Shown: positions 1 through 10,107, numbered from the stretch's first letter. The stretch: DNA of 64,000 nt from an uncultured Chloroflexia bacterium (GCA_963814375.1 CAWFCQ010000002.1:128001-192000); one strand, 5' to 3'. Notes: generated by a model from the sequence alone, not told the origin. Numbers and translations: made by a program.

Positions 1-163
1 TCGCCTCGACCATGGTCTGCTGGGTCAGCTCCTCGGCCAGCGCGACGTCCCCCGCACAGCGGGCCGCAAGATAGCGGTAGACGCGCGGCAGCACCGCGTC
101 GTACCAGTCGCGGAATCGGCTCTCGTCGCGGACGATCGACGTGAGGCTCGGCTCGGACTCCAT
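1..163 (-). CDS. ECF RNA polymerase sigma factor (N-terminal part; runs off the window)
   Basis: Manual translation from ATG at 163 gives MESEPSLTSIVRDESRFRDWYDAVLPRVYRYLAARCAGDVALAEELTQQTMVEA, a sigma70 region 2 pattern (VYRY...AEELTQQT). Confidence 0.8.
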   Translation of the reverse strand, partial: MESEPSLTSIVRDESRFRDWYDAVLPRVYRYLAARCAGDVALAEELTQQTMVEA

Positions 164-276
164 CGCAATCGGTGCGCTCATGCGGGCGTCTTCCCAGCGG
201 CATGCGCATCGGCCCACTGCCGGTGCGTCACTCCGTTAGTCGCGCCGGCCTCCCCGTATCCTTCGCCGCGGCCCGG

Positions 277-1317
277 CTATGGCCCGTCGACTGCCGTCGC
301 CGACTCCACCACCAGCTCCGCGCGACAATCAAGGACGGCCTGCTCCGGCGCACGGCCGTCATCGCCTGCGACCGCGGCGGCCTCGTCGCATCCCTGGGCG
401 GCGGCGTCGTCCAGGTGGACCCGAAGCTCGACCCAGGTGCCGGGTTCGGGCATCGCCACGCCACTGGCCGGGTCGATCGAGATCGAGACGCCGACGCCGC
501 CGAAACCCTCGTTCTCGTTGATCGTCACCTGGTTGTAGTTGATGTTCTGGCAGTAGAGCCAGCCGCTCGGCTCGTCGGCGGCGGCGCACGTTCCGCCGAG
601 CTCGGCGTCGTCGGGAATCTCCGGCCACCAGCCCCGGAACGTGAACGGCTCGCCGCCGAAGCACGCCAGCCGATGGAGGTCGGATCGCCCGAGGATGAGC
701 GCCTCGGCCGTCAGCGGAGTCGCCGGGCACTCGGGCGGGGCGGCCTCGAGCCACGGCTCGCCGGTCTCGCTGGCCGCGGCGACCCAGCCGAACCAGTAGG
801 GGCAGTTGAACGGATCGGACTCGACCGTCCCTGCGCAGCCGGTCGCGGGTGGCAGCCCTAGGCCGGAGACCTGGTACCACTGGAGGCCGTCCGCCTCGGT
901 CGGACCGGCGGCCAGGTAGCTCGGCGAGCCAAGCGCAAGGCTTCCGAGGCGTTCGGCGCCGACGCCGGGCTCCGATCGGACCGATAGGCTGTCGACGGTC
1001 GTCTGGACGATCGTGTCGAGCGTCAGCGCGGTGGGCGACCCTGACGGCGCCGCGCTCGCAGGAGCCACAGATGCGGAAGCTGACGGAACGGCCGATGCCG
1101 AGGCGCTGGCCGATGGGGATGCGCTGCCGGACGGCTCGGCCGACGGCGATCCGGTGGGCTCTTCGTCGCCGTCGGTGATGAGGACGATCAGGAGGATCGT
1201 GGCGAGCAGGCCCAGGAAGGCGACGCCGATGATCGCTGCCCACGGGGTCGGTCGCCGCTCAGGGCGGACGCCCGGCTGCGGGCGGAGCGGCGGAGGCGGG
1301 TATTGCTGCTCGGTCAC
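277..1317 (-). CDS. Membrane-anchored protein with Ser/Ala/Pro linker, SH3-like segment and Cys-rich extracellular domain
   Basis: Single TM helix (AAIIGVAFLGLLATILLIVLI) and low-complexity linker. LSVRSEPG...GPTEADGLQWYQV...GWVAA resembles bacterial SH3b. Several Cys follow. Confidence 0.65.
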   Translation of the reverse strand: MTEQQYPPPPLRPQPGVRPERRPTPWAAIIGVAFLGLLATILLIVLITDGDEEPTGSPSAEPSGSASPSASASASAVPSASASVAPASAAPSGSPTALTLDTIVQTTVDSLSVRSEPGVGAERLGSLALGSPSYLAAGPTEADGLQWYQVSGLGLPPATGCAGTVESDPFNCPYWFGWVAAASETGEPWLEAAPPECPATPLTAEALILGRSDLHRLACFGGEPFTFRGWWPEIPDDAELGGTCAAADEPSGWLYCQNINYNQVTINENEGFGGVGVSISIDPASGVAMPEPGTWVELRVHLDDAAAQGCDEAAAVAGDDGRAPEQAVLDCRAELVVESATAVDGP

Positions 1318-1425
1318 GCGCGGATCCCTCGGCGCGCCGAAGTCCGGACATGGAAACGTCCCGAAGGAACCACTGGACCCTTTGATGCAATCTCAGAGTC
1401 CACGGATTCCTCCGGGACAGGAACT

Positions 1426-1454
1426 ACTCTAGGGGCGGCGCACCCGCGCGCCAA
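1426..1454 (-). promoter_or_regulatory. sigma70-type promoter TTGGCG-N17-TAGAGT
   Basis: On the minus strand, -35 at 1454-1449 and -10 at 1431-1426 with an exact 17-nt spacer, upstream of the 277..1317 gene. Confidence 0.6.
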
Positions 1455-1460
1455 GGGGGT

Positions 1461-1511
1461 TTGTCCACGGATTCGGACCATCAGCGCCCGGTTATCCACG
1501 GGTTATCCACA
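1461..1511 (+). promoter_or_regulatory. Cluster of DnaA-box-like 9-mers
   Basis: TTGTCCACG at 1461-1469, TTATCCACG at 1492-1500 and a perfect TTATCCACA at 1503-1511, all in the same orientation. Confidence 0.55.
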
Positions 1512-1531
1512 TCGACATCCACTGTACGCCT

Positions 1532-2287
1532 CTAGAGGCGTCCGGCTTCGATGATTCGCTGCAGGAACTCGCGGGTCCGCTGCTGGACCGGCTCGCGGAA
1601 GATGCGCTCCGGCGGCCCTTCCTCGAGGACGAGGCCCTGGTCGAGAAAGATGACCCGGTCGGCGATGTCGCGCGCGAAGCCCATCTCGTGGGTGGCGATG
1701 AGCATCGTCATGCCGTCCGCCGCCAGTTCGCGGACGACGTTGAGCACCTCGCCGATCAGCTCGGGGTCGAGCGCGCTGGTGACCTCGTCGAGGAGCAGGA
1801 GGCCGGGGTCCATCGCGAGCGCGCGGACGATCGCGACGCGCTGCTGCTGGCCGCCCGACAGCCGATCGGGGTAGTCGTCGCGCTTGTCGGCGAGTCCGAA
1901 GCGCGCCAGCAGCGCATCGGCCCGCGCCACAGCCTCGGCGCGCGGCAGGCGCATGACGCGACGTGGCGCGAGCGTCACGTTGTCGAGCACCGACATGTGC
2001 GGAAAGAGGTTGTAGGACTGGAACACGATCCCGATTCGCCGTCGGATCCGATCGACGTCGACGCCCTCGGCCGTGATCTCCTCCCCTTCCACCACGATGC
2101 GCCCGGCGTCGATCGGCTCGGTCAGGTTGATGCAGCGCAGGAGGGTGGACTTGCCGGAGCCCGATGCACCGATGACACACACCACCTCGTGCTCGGCCAG
2201 GACGAGATCCACGCCGCGCAGGACCTCGAGCTCGCCGAAGGACTTGCGCAGTCCCTCGGCCCGGAGCGCCTCGGCGACCACGGTCAT
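1532..2287 (-). CDS. Polar amino acid ABC transporter ATP-binding protein (GlnQ family)
   Basis: Walker A GASGSGKS, signature LSGGQQQRVAI, LLLDEVTSALDPE and THEMGFA. Confidence 0.95.
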   Translation of the reverse strand: MTVVAEALRAEGLRKSFGELEVLRGVDLVLAEHEVVCVIGASGSGKSTLLRCINLTEPIDAGRIVVEGEEITAEGVDVDRIRRRIGIVFQSYNLFPHMSVLDNVTLAPRRVMRLPRAEAVARADALLARFGLADKRDDYPDRLSGGQQQRVAIVRALAMDPGLLLLDEVTSALDPELIGEVLNVVRELAADGMTMLIATHEMGFARDIADRVIFLDQGLVLEEGPPERIFREPVQQRTREFLQRIIEAGRL

Positions 2288-3198
2288 CGGCCGAAGCCGA
2301 GCAGGCGCCCGCGTCGGGCGGCCTTCGAGCCGGCGGCCACCGAGGCGGCGTAGCGCCGATCTCGCTCACGCGAGACGAGCCAGTCGGTGAGCCGTGCCAG
2401 CGGGATCGTCACGGCGAGGAACACGAGCGCCGTGACCATGAACGGCGTGTAGTTGAACGTTGCCTGCTGGCGGATGACGGTCTGCCGGAAGATCTCGACG
2501 ACCCCGATGAAGGACACGAGGACGGTGTCCTTCTGGAGGCCGATGAAGTCGTTGAGCAGCGGCGGTATCACCCGCCGCACCGCCTGCGGCAGCACGACGT
2601 GGCGGAGCGCCTGCACGTGCGTGAGGCCGAGCGAGCGTGCCGCCGCTGCCTGGCTCGGGTGGATCGAGTCGATCCCGGAGCGATACACCTCCGAGACATA
2701 GGCGGAGTAGAGAAGCGTCAACGCCACCACGCCCCAGAAGAACGGGTCGATCGGCACGCCGGGCAGGCGCAGCCCGGGGATGCCGAAGCCGAGGACGAAG
2801 ATGACGAGGACGCCGGGCAGCGCGCGAAACAGGTCGACGTAGACCGTCGCCAGAAGGCGCAGCGGGAAGAGGACCGGGCCGGTCAGGCTGCGCATGACGG
2901 CGAGGAGGAGCCCGAGGGCCAGGATCAGGATCTCGGCGATCAGGAAGAGGGCGACGTTGACCCAGAACTTGCCGATGATCCGCGGCGCCGACTCGACGAA
3001 GTTGTCCCAGTCGAAGAAGGCGGTCTTGACCCGCTCCCAGCCAGGAGCGTTGACGACGATGACGGCGATCACGGTGAAGAACACCACCGTCGACAGCGCG
3101 GCGACGAGCAGCGCGCCGCCGGGCGTGCGGAGGCGGGGCCGCCGCCGGCTCGTCGTCGGCGGGAGCTCGCCGGTGGTCTGGTCGAGCGGCCCGGTCAA
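2284..3198 (-). CDS. Amino acid ABC transporter permease (HisM/GlnP family)
   Basis: YVDLFRALP, SAYVSEVYRSGI, AARSLGL and VVLPQAVRRVIPPL motifs; multiple TM helices. Confidence 0.93.
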   Translation of the reverse strand: MTGPLDQTTGELPPTTSRRRPRLRTPGGALLVAALSTVVFFTVIAVIVVNAPGWERVKTAFFDWDNFVESAPRIIGKFWVNVALFLIAEILILALGLLLAVMRSLTGPVLFPLRLLATVYVDLFRALPGVLVIFVLGFGIPGLRLPGVPIDPFFWGVVALTLLYSAYVSEVYRSGIDSIHPSQAAAARSLGLTHVQALRHVVLPQAVRRVIPPLLNDFIGLQKDTVLVSFIGVVEIFRQTVIRQQATFNYTPFMVTALVFLAVTIPLARLTDWLVSRERDRRYAASVAAGSKAARRGRLLGFGR

Positions 3199-3210
3199 GC
3201 CCGGTGGCCG

Positions 3211-4158
3211 CTACTCGGTGATCTGCGGCGCGTCGAGGAAGTCGGAGAGCCACTCCTCGGCGATCGAGTCGAGCTCTCCGTTCTCGCCCATCGTCAGGAT
3301 CGCCTCGTCGACGCAGTCGGTGAGCGGGCTGTCGAGGTCGAGCACGAAGCTGAAGTGCTCCTTGTCCTCCGGGTCGGAGGGGAACTGCCCGACGACGACG
3401 CCATCCTCCATCTCGATGTTGACGATGTAGAAGGCAGTCGCCAGGTCGAACACCGCGCCGTCGATCTGGCCGGCCTCGATGGCCGACTTCACGCCGGTGT
3501 TGTCCTCGTACACCCGCGCCTCCGCAGTCGGCTGGATCCGCTCCTCGATGTAGGTGAGGCTCGTCGTGTTGCCGGCGGCGCCAAGCTGGAACTCGGCGAC
3601 CTCTTCCAAGGTCGTGGCGCCCGCGAGGTCGGACCCCGCCGTGGTCACCAGGGCCTGGTTGCTGAAGAAGTAGCCCTCGCTGAGATCGACCGCCTGGGTC
3701 CGCTCCTCGGTGAACGAGACCTGTGCCAGATAGACGTCGAACTCCTTCGGGCCCGGCGCGATCGAGTTGTTGAACGGCACCGCGATCCAGGTCACTTCGT
3801 CCTCGCCGAAGCCCAGCTGTTCGGCCAGCGCGTAGGCGATCGCGCTCTCGAAGCCTTGCCCGTTCGTCGGGTCGCCGAACTCCCACGGCTCGGTGGCGGT
3901 CTCACCCTCGGCCGGCTCGCTGAAGTACGGCGGGAAGGCTGGGTTATCGGTGCCGACGGTCAGCGTCCCGGCCGTCTTCGTCGCGAGGTCCTCGGGAGCG
4001 CAGGCGGTGGCCGCCTCCGACGGGCTCGCCGCATCGCTCTCGGTCGAGGGCGCCTCGGACTCGACGACGCTGGCCGACGGGCTCGTCCCGGCGTCCGTGC
4101 ACGCCGCGAGGATGAAGACGATCCCCGCCATGAAGACTGCACGCAACGACCTGGACAT
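3211..4158 (-). CDS. Amino acid ABC transporter substrate-binding lipoprotein
   Basis: ATG at 4158 (MSRSLRAVFMAGIVFILAAC, lipobox); SBP_bac_3 features GTLTVGTD.PAFPPYF and VDLSEGYF. Confidence 0.92.
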   Translation of the reverse strand: MSRSLRAVFMAGIVFILAACTDAGTSPSASVVESEAPSTESDAASPSEAATACAPEDLATKTAGTLTVGTDNPAFPPYFSEPAEGETATEPWEFGDPTNGQGFESAIAYALAEQLGFGEDEVTWIAVPFNNSIAPGPKEFDVYLAQVSFTEERTQAVDLSEGYFFSNQALVTTAGSDLAGATTLEEVAEFQLGAAGNTTSLTYIEERIQPTAEARVYEDNTGVKSAIEAGQIDGAVFDLATAFYIVNIEMEDGVVVGQFPSDPEDKEHFSFVLDLDSPLTDCVDEAILTMGENGELDSIAEEWLSDFLDAPQITE

Positions 4159-4219
4159 CTGTGACGCTCCCTGATGTGTGATCCCGATGGCGGCGAGTGT
4201 AGCGGCTGGCCGCACGGAC

Positions 4220-5051
4220 TCAATCCCGGCGGGTGATCTCGACCGCGTCGCCCACCGTGGAGCCGATGCGCGCCGCGAGATTGCCGCCGTGCTCGGCCAG
4301 GGCGAGGTCGCCGGATGAGTCGAGGTAGAGCAGCACGGCGCCCTCGGGCACGTGCCCGAAGCTGGGCGCCACGACCGCATCTGCCGCGGCGCGAGCCACC
4401 GATCGAGACCGTGACGCGGGTCGACTCATCAACGTCGCCAAAGGCCGTGGTGAGATCCCGTCGCCCGCCCGCGAGCCGCAGGTTGCCGAAGCTGTCGACG
4501 TAGGTGACGGCCGTGTTGATCCTCCCGGGCTGCGCTGTTGCGACGGTCGCCGGCAACCGGACGAGGCCATCGGCGGAGATGAGCGGGCCGAGGTCCTCGA
4601 ACCGGACGTCCCCGTTCGCGAGATGCGCGGCGACCGGGCTGAAGATGTCGCGGCCGTGGAAGGTGCTCGAGATCGTGGGGAGCCAGGCGGATCCCTCGGT
4701 GAGCTCGCGCGCCTCCGCAATGCCGCCCAGTGCCTCCGCGGCCGGAACGAGAAGCCCGTTGTCCGGCCCCACGAGGACATCGCCACGGCCGGCGCGAAGC
4801 GCGATCGGGCGGCGGGCGGTGCCGACCCCCGGATCGACCACCGCGACGTGGACCCCGACCGGCATGAATGGAAGCGCCGCGCGAAGGACGAACGCGCCAT
4901 CGGCGACCGCGAACTTCCCGATCGCGTGCGAAACGTCGACGATCTCGGCGTCGCGGCAGATCGAGAGCATGACGCCCCGGCAGGTCGCCGCCGCGCCGTC
5001 GAACCCGAAGTCGGTGAGGAACGTGATGATCGGGCGATCGCGCGGCGCCAT
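4220..5051 (-). CDS. SAM hydrolase / chlorinase-fluorinase family protein (DUF62), frameshifted near 4390
   Basis: IITFLTDFG, VHVAVVDPGVGTARRPI, VGPDNG, STFHGRDIF and VDSFGN lie in one frame; the C-terminus (LYLDSSGDLALAEHGGNLAARIG) lies in another. Confidence 0.88.
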
Positions 5052-6593
5052 CAGCCCAATGTCACGGTCTCGCGGTGCCTGGCGACGTGGGCCTCGAGGC
5101 CGAGCTCGGTGCGGATGCGGGCGGCGAAGGCCTCGGCTGCATCGGGGTCGCCGTGGACGATGAAGACCGACTTCGGCGCGGTCCCGGCGGCCGCGCGCGA
5201 GAAGTGCCCCAGCCATGCCTCGAGCTCGTGCTGGTCCGCGTGGGCGCTGAAGCCGCTGATCGACCGGACCCGGCAGCGAACGTCGAGCTCCTCGCCATCG
5301 ATGCGTGCCCTCTTGGCTCCATCCTGGATGTGCCGCCCCAGGGTGCCCTCTCCCTGGTAGCCGATGAACAGCAGCGTGCACGCCGGATCGGGGAGGAAGT
5401 CCTTGAGGTGATGCATGATCCGGCCGCCGGTGAGCATCCCCGAGCTGGCCACGACCATGATCGGGCGGTTCGCGAATCGGATCGCCTTCGACTCCTCGAC
5501 CGTATCGGTGAACTGCTGGCCGGGGTAGCGCAGCGGCGAATCGCCGGCGCGCAGCAGCGCTCCGGTCTCCTCGTCGTACGTCTCGGGGTGCTCGTCGTAC
5601 ACCTGGGTCGCCCGTGAGGCCATCGGCGAGTCCAGGTACAGCGGAATGCGCGGGATCCGGCCGTCGCGGACCAGGTCGTCGAGGACCCAGATCACCTCCT
5701 GGGTGCGACCGATGGCGAAGGCAGGCATGAGCAGCACGCCCTCGTCGTCGGCAACCTCGCTGATGGCGGCGACGAGCTCGTCGATCGCCTGGTCGTGTGG
5801 CGCGTGCTCCCGGTTGCCGTACGTCGATTCGACCACGATGTGGTCGGCGTGGGTCAGCGGCGTGGGGTCGCGCAGGATCGGCGTGTCATCGCGTCCGAGG
5901 TCGCCGGAGAAGACGATCGTGCGCCGATCGGCCCCCTCGCCGATGCGCAGCTCGATGATCGCCGAGCCAAGGATGTGACCCGCGTCATGGAAGACGGCAC
6001 TCACGCCGTCGCCGAGCGCCACCTCGTCGCCGTAGTCGCAGCCGCGCATCAGCTCCATCGACCGATCAACGTCGTGCTCGTCGTACAGCGGCTCGCGCGT
6101 CTCGGTTCTTCCCTCGGGTGGCGCGCTTCGGAGCCGATCCGGGAGGCTCGGATCGTCGGTCTCGAGGTCGGTGGCGACCGCCTCGCTCTCGGTCGCGGCG
6201 GCGGCGGCGGTGGCGGGGCGTGGCGGCGGCCGCGGCCTTTCGCGCCTGACGCCGATTCCAGCGGGCGGCGAACTCGACCTGGAGCTTCGCGCTGTCGCGC
6301 AGCACGATCTCGGCGAGGTCGACCGTGCCCCTGGTGGCGTGGATCGGTCCGGTGAACCCGGCCCGTGCGAGGGCCGGAACCCGTCCGCAGTGGTCGAGAT
6401 GCGCGTGCGTCAGGAGCACCGCGTCGAGAGAGCCCGGCTCGAACGCGAACGGCATCCGGTTGCGCTCGGTCTCCTCCGGCGAGCCCTGGAACATGCCGCA
6501 GTCGACGAGGATCCGGCGCGTCCCCGCGGTGACCAGGAACTGCGAGCCGGTCACGCAGCCGGCCGCGCCGAGGAACTGGATCTCGATGCTCAC
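5051..6593 (-). CDS. MBL-fold beta-CASP ribonuclease (TTHA0252/CPSF-like), frameshifted near 6210
   Basis: GAAGCVTGS, VDCGMFQG and THAHLDHCG in the 6066..6593 ORF; AGHILGSA, FSGDLG, ESTYGNR, PAFAIGRTQE, SAHAD and VHGD in the 5051..6058 ORF. One frameshift in a GCC-rich run joins them. Confidence 0.9.
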
Positions 6594-6672
6594 GGGTCCT
6601 CCTGGGGTTCCGGGTCGGCTCGGGCCCCGGGAGTATCGCCGATGCCGCCTACCGCGTGCGTATCATCGGTCC

Positions 6673-7764
6673 ATGCCCTTTCCGATCGAGCCGCCCATCG
6701 AGCCGATGCTGGCCAAGCCCACCCCGGCCATCCCGGACGGCGACGGCTGGCTGTACGAGCCGAAGTGGGATGGGTTCAGGGCGCTCGTCTTCCGTGACGG
6801 CGGGGAGGTCTACATCCAGTCACGTGACCTCAAGCCGCTGAACCGGTACTTCCCCGAGCTCGAGGCGCCGCTCCTGGCTCTGGGTGGGCCGGACGCGCGA
6901 TTCGTGCTCGACGGCGAGATCGTGATCGCGCGGCCCAATGGCGGGCTCGACTTCGATTCCCTGCTGATCCGCATCCACCCGGCCGCCTCGCGGGTCAAGA
7001 TGCTTTCGGAGCAGTCGCCGGCGTCGTTCGTCGCCTTCGACTGCCTCGCCGATGGCGACGACGACCTTCGCGACCGGCCGTTCGCCGAGCGCCGGGCAAG
7101 GCTGGAGCGCCTGGCGGCGGATCCGCCCGAATCGGTGCGCCTCACTCCCTCCACCTCCGATCCGGTGCTGGCACGCCACTGGTTCGACGTCTTCGAGGGT
7201 GCGGGGCTGGATGGAGTGATCGCCAAGCCCGCGGACGCCGCCTATGCGCCCGGGAAGCGGGCGATGGCCAAGATCAAGCACGCCCGCACGGCAGACTGCG
7301 TCGTGGCTGGATTCCGGTGGCACAAGAACGGACCGGGCACCCTCATCGGCTCGCTTCTCCTCGGCCTCTGGAACGCCGAGGGCAGCCTCCAGCACGTCGG
7401 CGTCACCTCCTCCTTCACGATGGCCAAGCGCGCGGAGCTCGTGGAGTTCCTCGAGCCGTATCGGCACGGCGGGCTGGAGGACCACCCATGGCGGGAGTGG
7501 GCCATGGCCGAGGCTGCCGCGGTCGAGGAGAACCGCCGCATGCCGGGCGCCACCTCCCGCTGGAACCGCGGCAAGGACCTTTCATGGGAGGCGCTGCGCC
7601 CCGAGCTCGTCTGCGAGGTCGCCTTCGACCACCTTCAGGGGGATCGCTTCCGCCACGCGGCCACCTTCCGCCGATGGCGCCCGGACCGATCGCCCGCCGA
7701 TTGCCGCTACGACCAGCTCGAGGAGACTCCGCCAGCGCTCCTGGCCGACATCTTCCTCGGCTGA
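6673..7764 (+). CDS. ligC: ATP-dependent DNA ligase LigC
   Basis: PMLAK, YEPKWDGFR (motif I), LDGEIV, GLDGVIAK, TADCVVAGFRWHK and RFRHAATFRRWRPD. ATG at 6673, 6 nt after TATCAT. Confidence 0.92.
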   Translation: MPFPIEPPIEPMLAKPTPAIPDGDGWLYEPKWDGFRALVFRDGGEVYIQSRDLKPLNRYFPELEAPLLALGGPDARFVLDGEIVIARPNGGLDFDSLLIRIHPAASRVKMLSEQSPASFVAFDCLADGDDDLRDRPFAERRARLERLAADPPESVRLTPSTSDPVLARHWFDVFEGAGLDGVIAKPADAAYAPGKRAMAKIKHARTADCVVAGFRWHKNGPGTLIGSLLLGLWNAEGSLQHVGVTSSFTMAKRAELVEFLEPYRHGGLEDHPWREWAMAEAAAVEENRRMPGATSRWNRGKDLSWEALRPELVCEVAFDHLQGDRFRHAATFRRWRPDRSPADCRYDQLEETPPALLADIFLG

Positions 7765-7819
7765 CAGCGTCGTCGCTAGACTGAGCGCGAAATTCCCGCT
7801 GCCGCCTGGAGGCCAATCC

Positions 7820-9511
7820 GTGTCCGTCGCCGCCGATCCGAACACCGCTGTCAACGACCTCGCCGATCGCTTCTGGGAGGGTGTCCTCGAACGCGACACG
7901 ATCTGGGCGACCATCCTCGGCGACGAGCGCTACAGCGATCGCTGGCCGGATCTCGGGGCTGACGGGCGAGCCGACGAGGAGGCTGCTCTCCGCGCGACCC
8001 TCGGCGATGCGCGGGCGATCCCGGATGGCGGCCTCGAGCCCGAGCAGGTGATCACGCGCGATCTGCTCATCCTGATCTGCGAGAACCACCTCGAGGCGCT
8101 GGCCCAGAAGCAATACCAGCTCGCCATCGACCACATGTCGGGGCCGCAGGTCTGGCCCGCCGAGATCGCGCAGTACCAGCCGGCCGACAGCCCGGAGCGA
8201 CTCGAGCAGCTCCTGGCGCGCTGGACGACGTACCCGGCCATGGTCGAGCAGTACATCTCCACCCTGGCCGAGGGGGTCGCCGATCGACGGACCGCCGCCG
8301 CCGTGCCGGTCCGACGCGCGATCGAGCAGATGGATCGGCTGCTGGCGATGGCCCCGGCCGACCACCCGGCTGCATCGATGGTGAAGGTCGCCGACGATGA
8401 CCGGCCACGCGTCGTGGCTGCCGTCGAGGAGCACATCTACGGCGGGCTGCGCCGGCTGCGCGACTACGTCGCGGGGGAGTACGAGCCGCATGCTCGGCCC
8501 GAGCCGGGCCTGAGCTCGACCCCGGGCGGCGATGCCGCCTACCGGCTCGCGATCCGGATGCAGACCACGATCGAGACCAACGCGGAGGAGGTGCACGCCT
8601 TCGGGCTGGCCGATCTCGAGGCGATCGAGGCGGAGAAGGACGAGATCGCGCGGCGGCTCGGTCATGCGGATCGCCATGCCATGCGCACCGCCCTCGCCGA
8701 GGACGCGACGAACCACACCGATGACCCCGACGCGCTCGTGCGCCTGGCGCAGGAGCAGACCGATCGGGCCTTTGCCGCCGCCCCGAATTACTTCGGTCGC
8801 ATCCCGAGCGCGAACTGCTACGTCAAGGCGGTGGAGCCGTACCGCGAGGCCGAGTCACCGCCCGCCTTCTACATGCCGCCGTCGCTCGACGGCTCCCGGC
8901 AGGGGCAGTACTACATCAACACCTACCAGCCGGAGGAGCGCCAGCTCCACAAGATCGCCGCGATCACCTTCCACGAGGCAACGCCCGGACATCACTTCCA
9001 GATCGGCATCGAGATGGAGCTGAAGGGGCTTCCGCCCTTCCGCACCCTCGGGGCGCGGATGGCGGGCGGGGCATACGTCGAGGGTTGGGGCCTCTACACC
9101 GAGCGCCTCGCCGACGAGATGGGCCTCTACGCCGACGAACGCGAGCGGCTCGGCATGCTCGACGCCCAGTCCTTCCGCGCGGCGCGCCTGGTCGTCGACT
9201 CGGGCCTCCACGCGATGGGCTGGACCCGTGAGCAGGCGATCGACGTCATGCACGAGCGTGGCTCGTTGCCGATGGTCGACGCCGAGATCGAGGTCGACCG
9301 CTACACCGTCTGGCCCGGGCAGGCGCTCAGCTACAAGATCGGCCAGCGCGAGATCGAGCGAGCCCGAGCCGAGGTCGCCGAGCAGATGGGCGACCGGTTC
9401 GACCTGCGCGCCTTCCACGACGAGGTTCTCGGCCATGGGTCGCTGCCGCTCCCGACGCTGCGCCGCGAGATCGCTGGCTGGGTGGAGGCCGCGGTCGAGA
9501 AGGCCGGATAG
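7820..9511 (+). CDS. DUF885 family protein (putative metallopeptidase-like)
   Basis: GGAGG RBS and GTG at 7820; HEATPGHHFQ, YVEGWGLYTE, RAARLVVDSGLH and PGQALSYKIG motifs. Confidence 0.9.
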   Translation: MSVAADPNTAVNDLADRFWEGVLERDTIWATILGDERYSDRWPDLGADGRADEEAALRATLGDARAIPDGGLEPEQVITRDLLILICENHLEALAQKQYQLAIDHMSGPQVWPAEIAQYQPADSPERLEQLLARWTTYPAMVEQYISTLAEGVADRRTAAAVPVRRAIEQMDRLLAMAPADHPAASMVKVADDDRPRVVAAVEEHIYGGLRRLRDYVAGEYEPHARPEPGLSSTPGGDAAYRLAIRMQTTIETNAEEVHAFGLADLEAIEAEKDEIARRLGHADRHAMRTALAEDATNHTDDPDALVRLAQEQTDRAFAAAPNYFGRIPSANCYVKAVEPYREAESPPAFYMPPSLDGSRQGQYYINTYQPEERQLHKIAAITFHEATPGHHFQIGIEMELKGLPPFRTLGARMAGGAYVEGWGLYTERLADEMGLYADERERLGMLDAQSFRAARLVVDSGLHAMGWTREQAIDVMHERGSLPMVDAEIEVDRYTVWPGQALSYKIGQREIERARAEVAEQMGDRFDLRAFHDEVLGHGSLPLPTLRREIAGWVEAAVEKAG

Positions 9512-9513
9512 CC

Positions 9514-10101
9514 GTGCGGGCGCCGACACCGGTCGTCCTCGAGGGCCGCCACGTCCGCCTCGAGCCGCTCGGACCCGAGCACCGCGCCGACCTCGAGGCG
9601 GCAGTGGCCGAAGACCCCAATGCGCTGAGGCTCGGGGCCCCGCTCTTCACGATGGGTGGCTGGGACCCCTGGTACGACGAGGCGGCCGCGGGGATGGCGG
9701 ACGGCCGCTACGTCGCGTGGGCCACGCTCGATGCCGTGCGCGGGACGGCGATCGGCTCGACGCGGTTCGCCGACATCGACGTGCCGTCGGAGCGGCTCGA
9801 GATCGGGTGGACCTGGCTGGCGCCGTCGCGCTGGCGGACCGCGGCGAACACCGAGGCCAAGCTTCTCCAGCTGCGACACGCATTCGACGACCTCGGCGCC
9901 GGGCGGGTGGCGCTCAAGACGGACGGGCGCAACGCGCGCTCGCAGGCGGCCATCGAGCGGCTGGGCGGCGTACGGGAGGGCACGCTTCGCCGCCACCTGC
10001 GTATGCCGGACGGCTACGTCCGCGACACCGTCTACTACTCGATCCTGCGCAACGAGTGGCCACCGATACGCGCGCGCCTCGAGGCCCGGCTCGCGGAGTA
10101 G
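9514..10101 (+). CDS. GNAT family N-acetyltransferase (RimJ/RimL-like)
   Basis: LEIGWTWL, NTEAKLLQL, TDGRNARSQAAIERLG and RDTVYYSI. Confidence 0.9.
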   Translation: MRAPTPVVLEGRHVRLEPLGPEHRADLEAAVAEDPNALRLGAPLFTMGGWDPWYDEAAAGMADGRYVAWATLDAVRGTAIGSTRFADIDVPSERLEIGWTWLAPSRWRTAANTEAKLLQLRHAFDDLGAGRVALKTDGRNARSQAAIERLGGVREGTLRRHLRMPDGYVRDTVYYSILRNEWPPIRARLEARLAE

Positions 10102-10107
10102 GCCACC

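Noticed and set aside
1380-1530. oriC
   Set aside because: Only three or four boxes, no AT-rich unwinding element and no dnaA, dnaN or rpmH neighbours. Kept only as a regulatory cluster.
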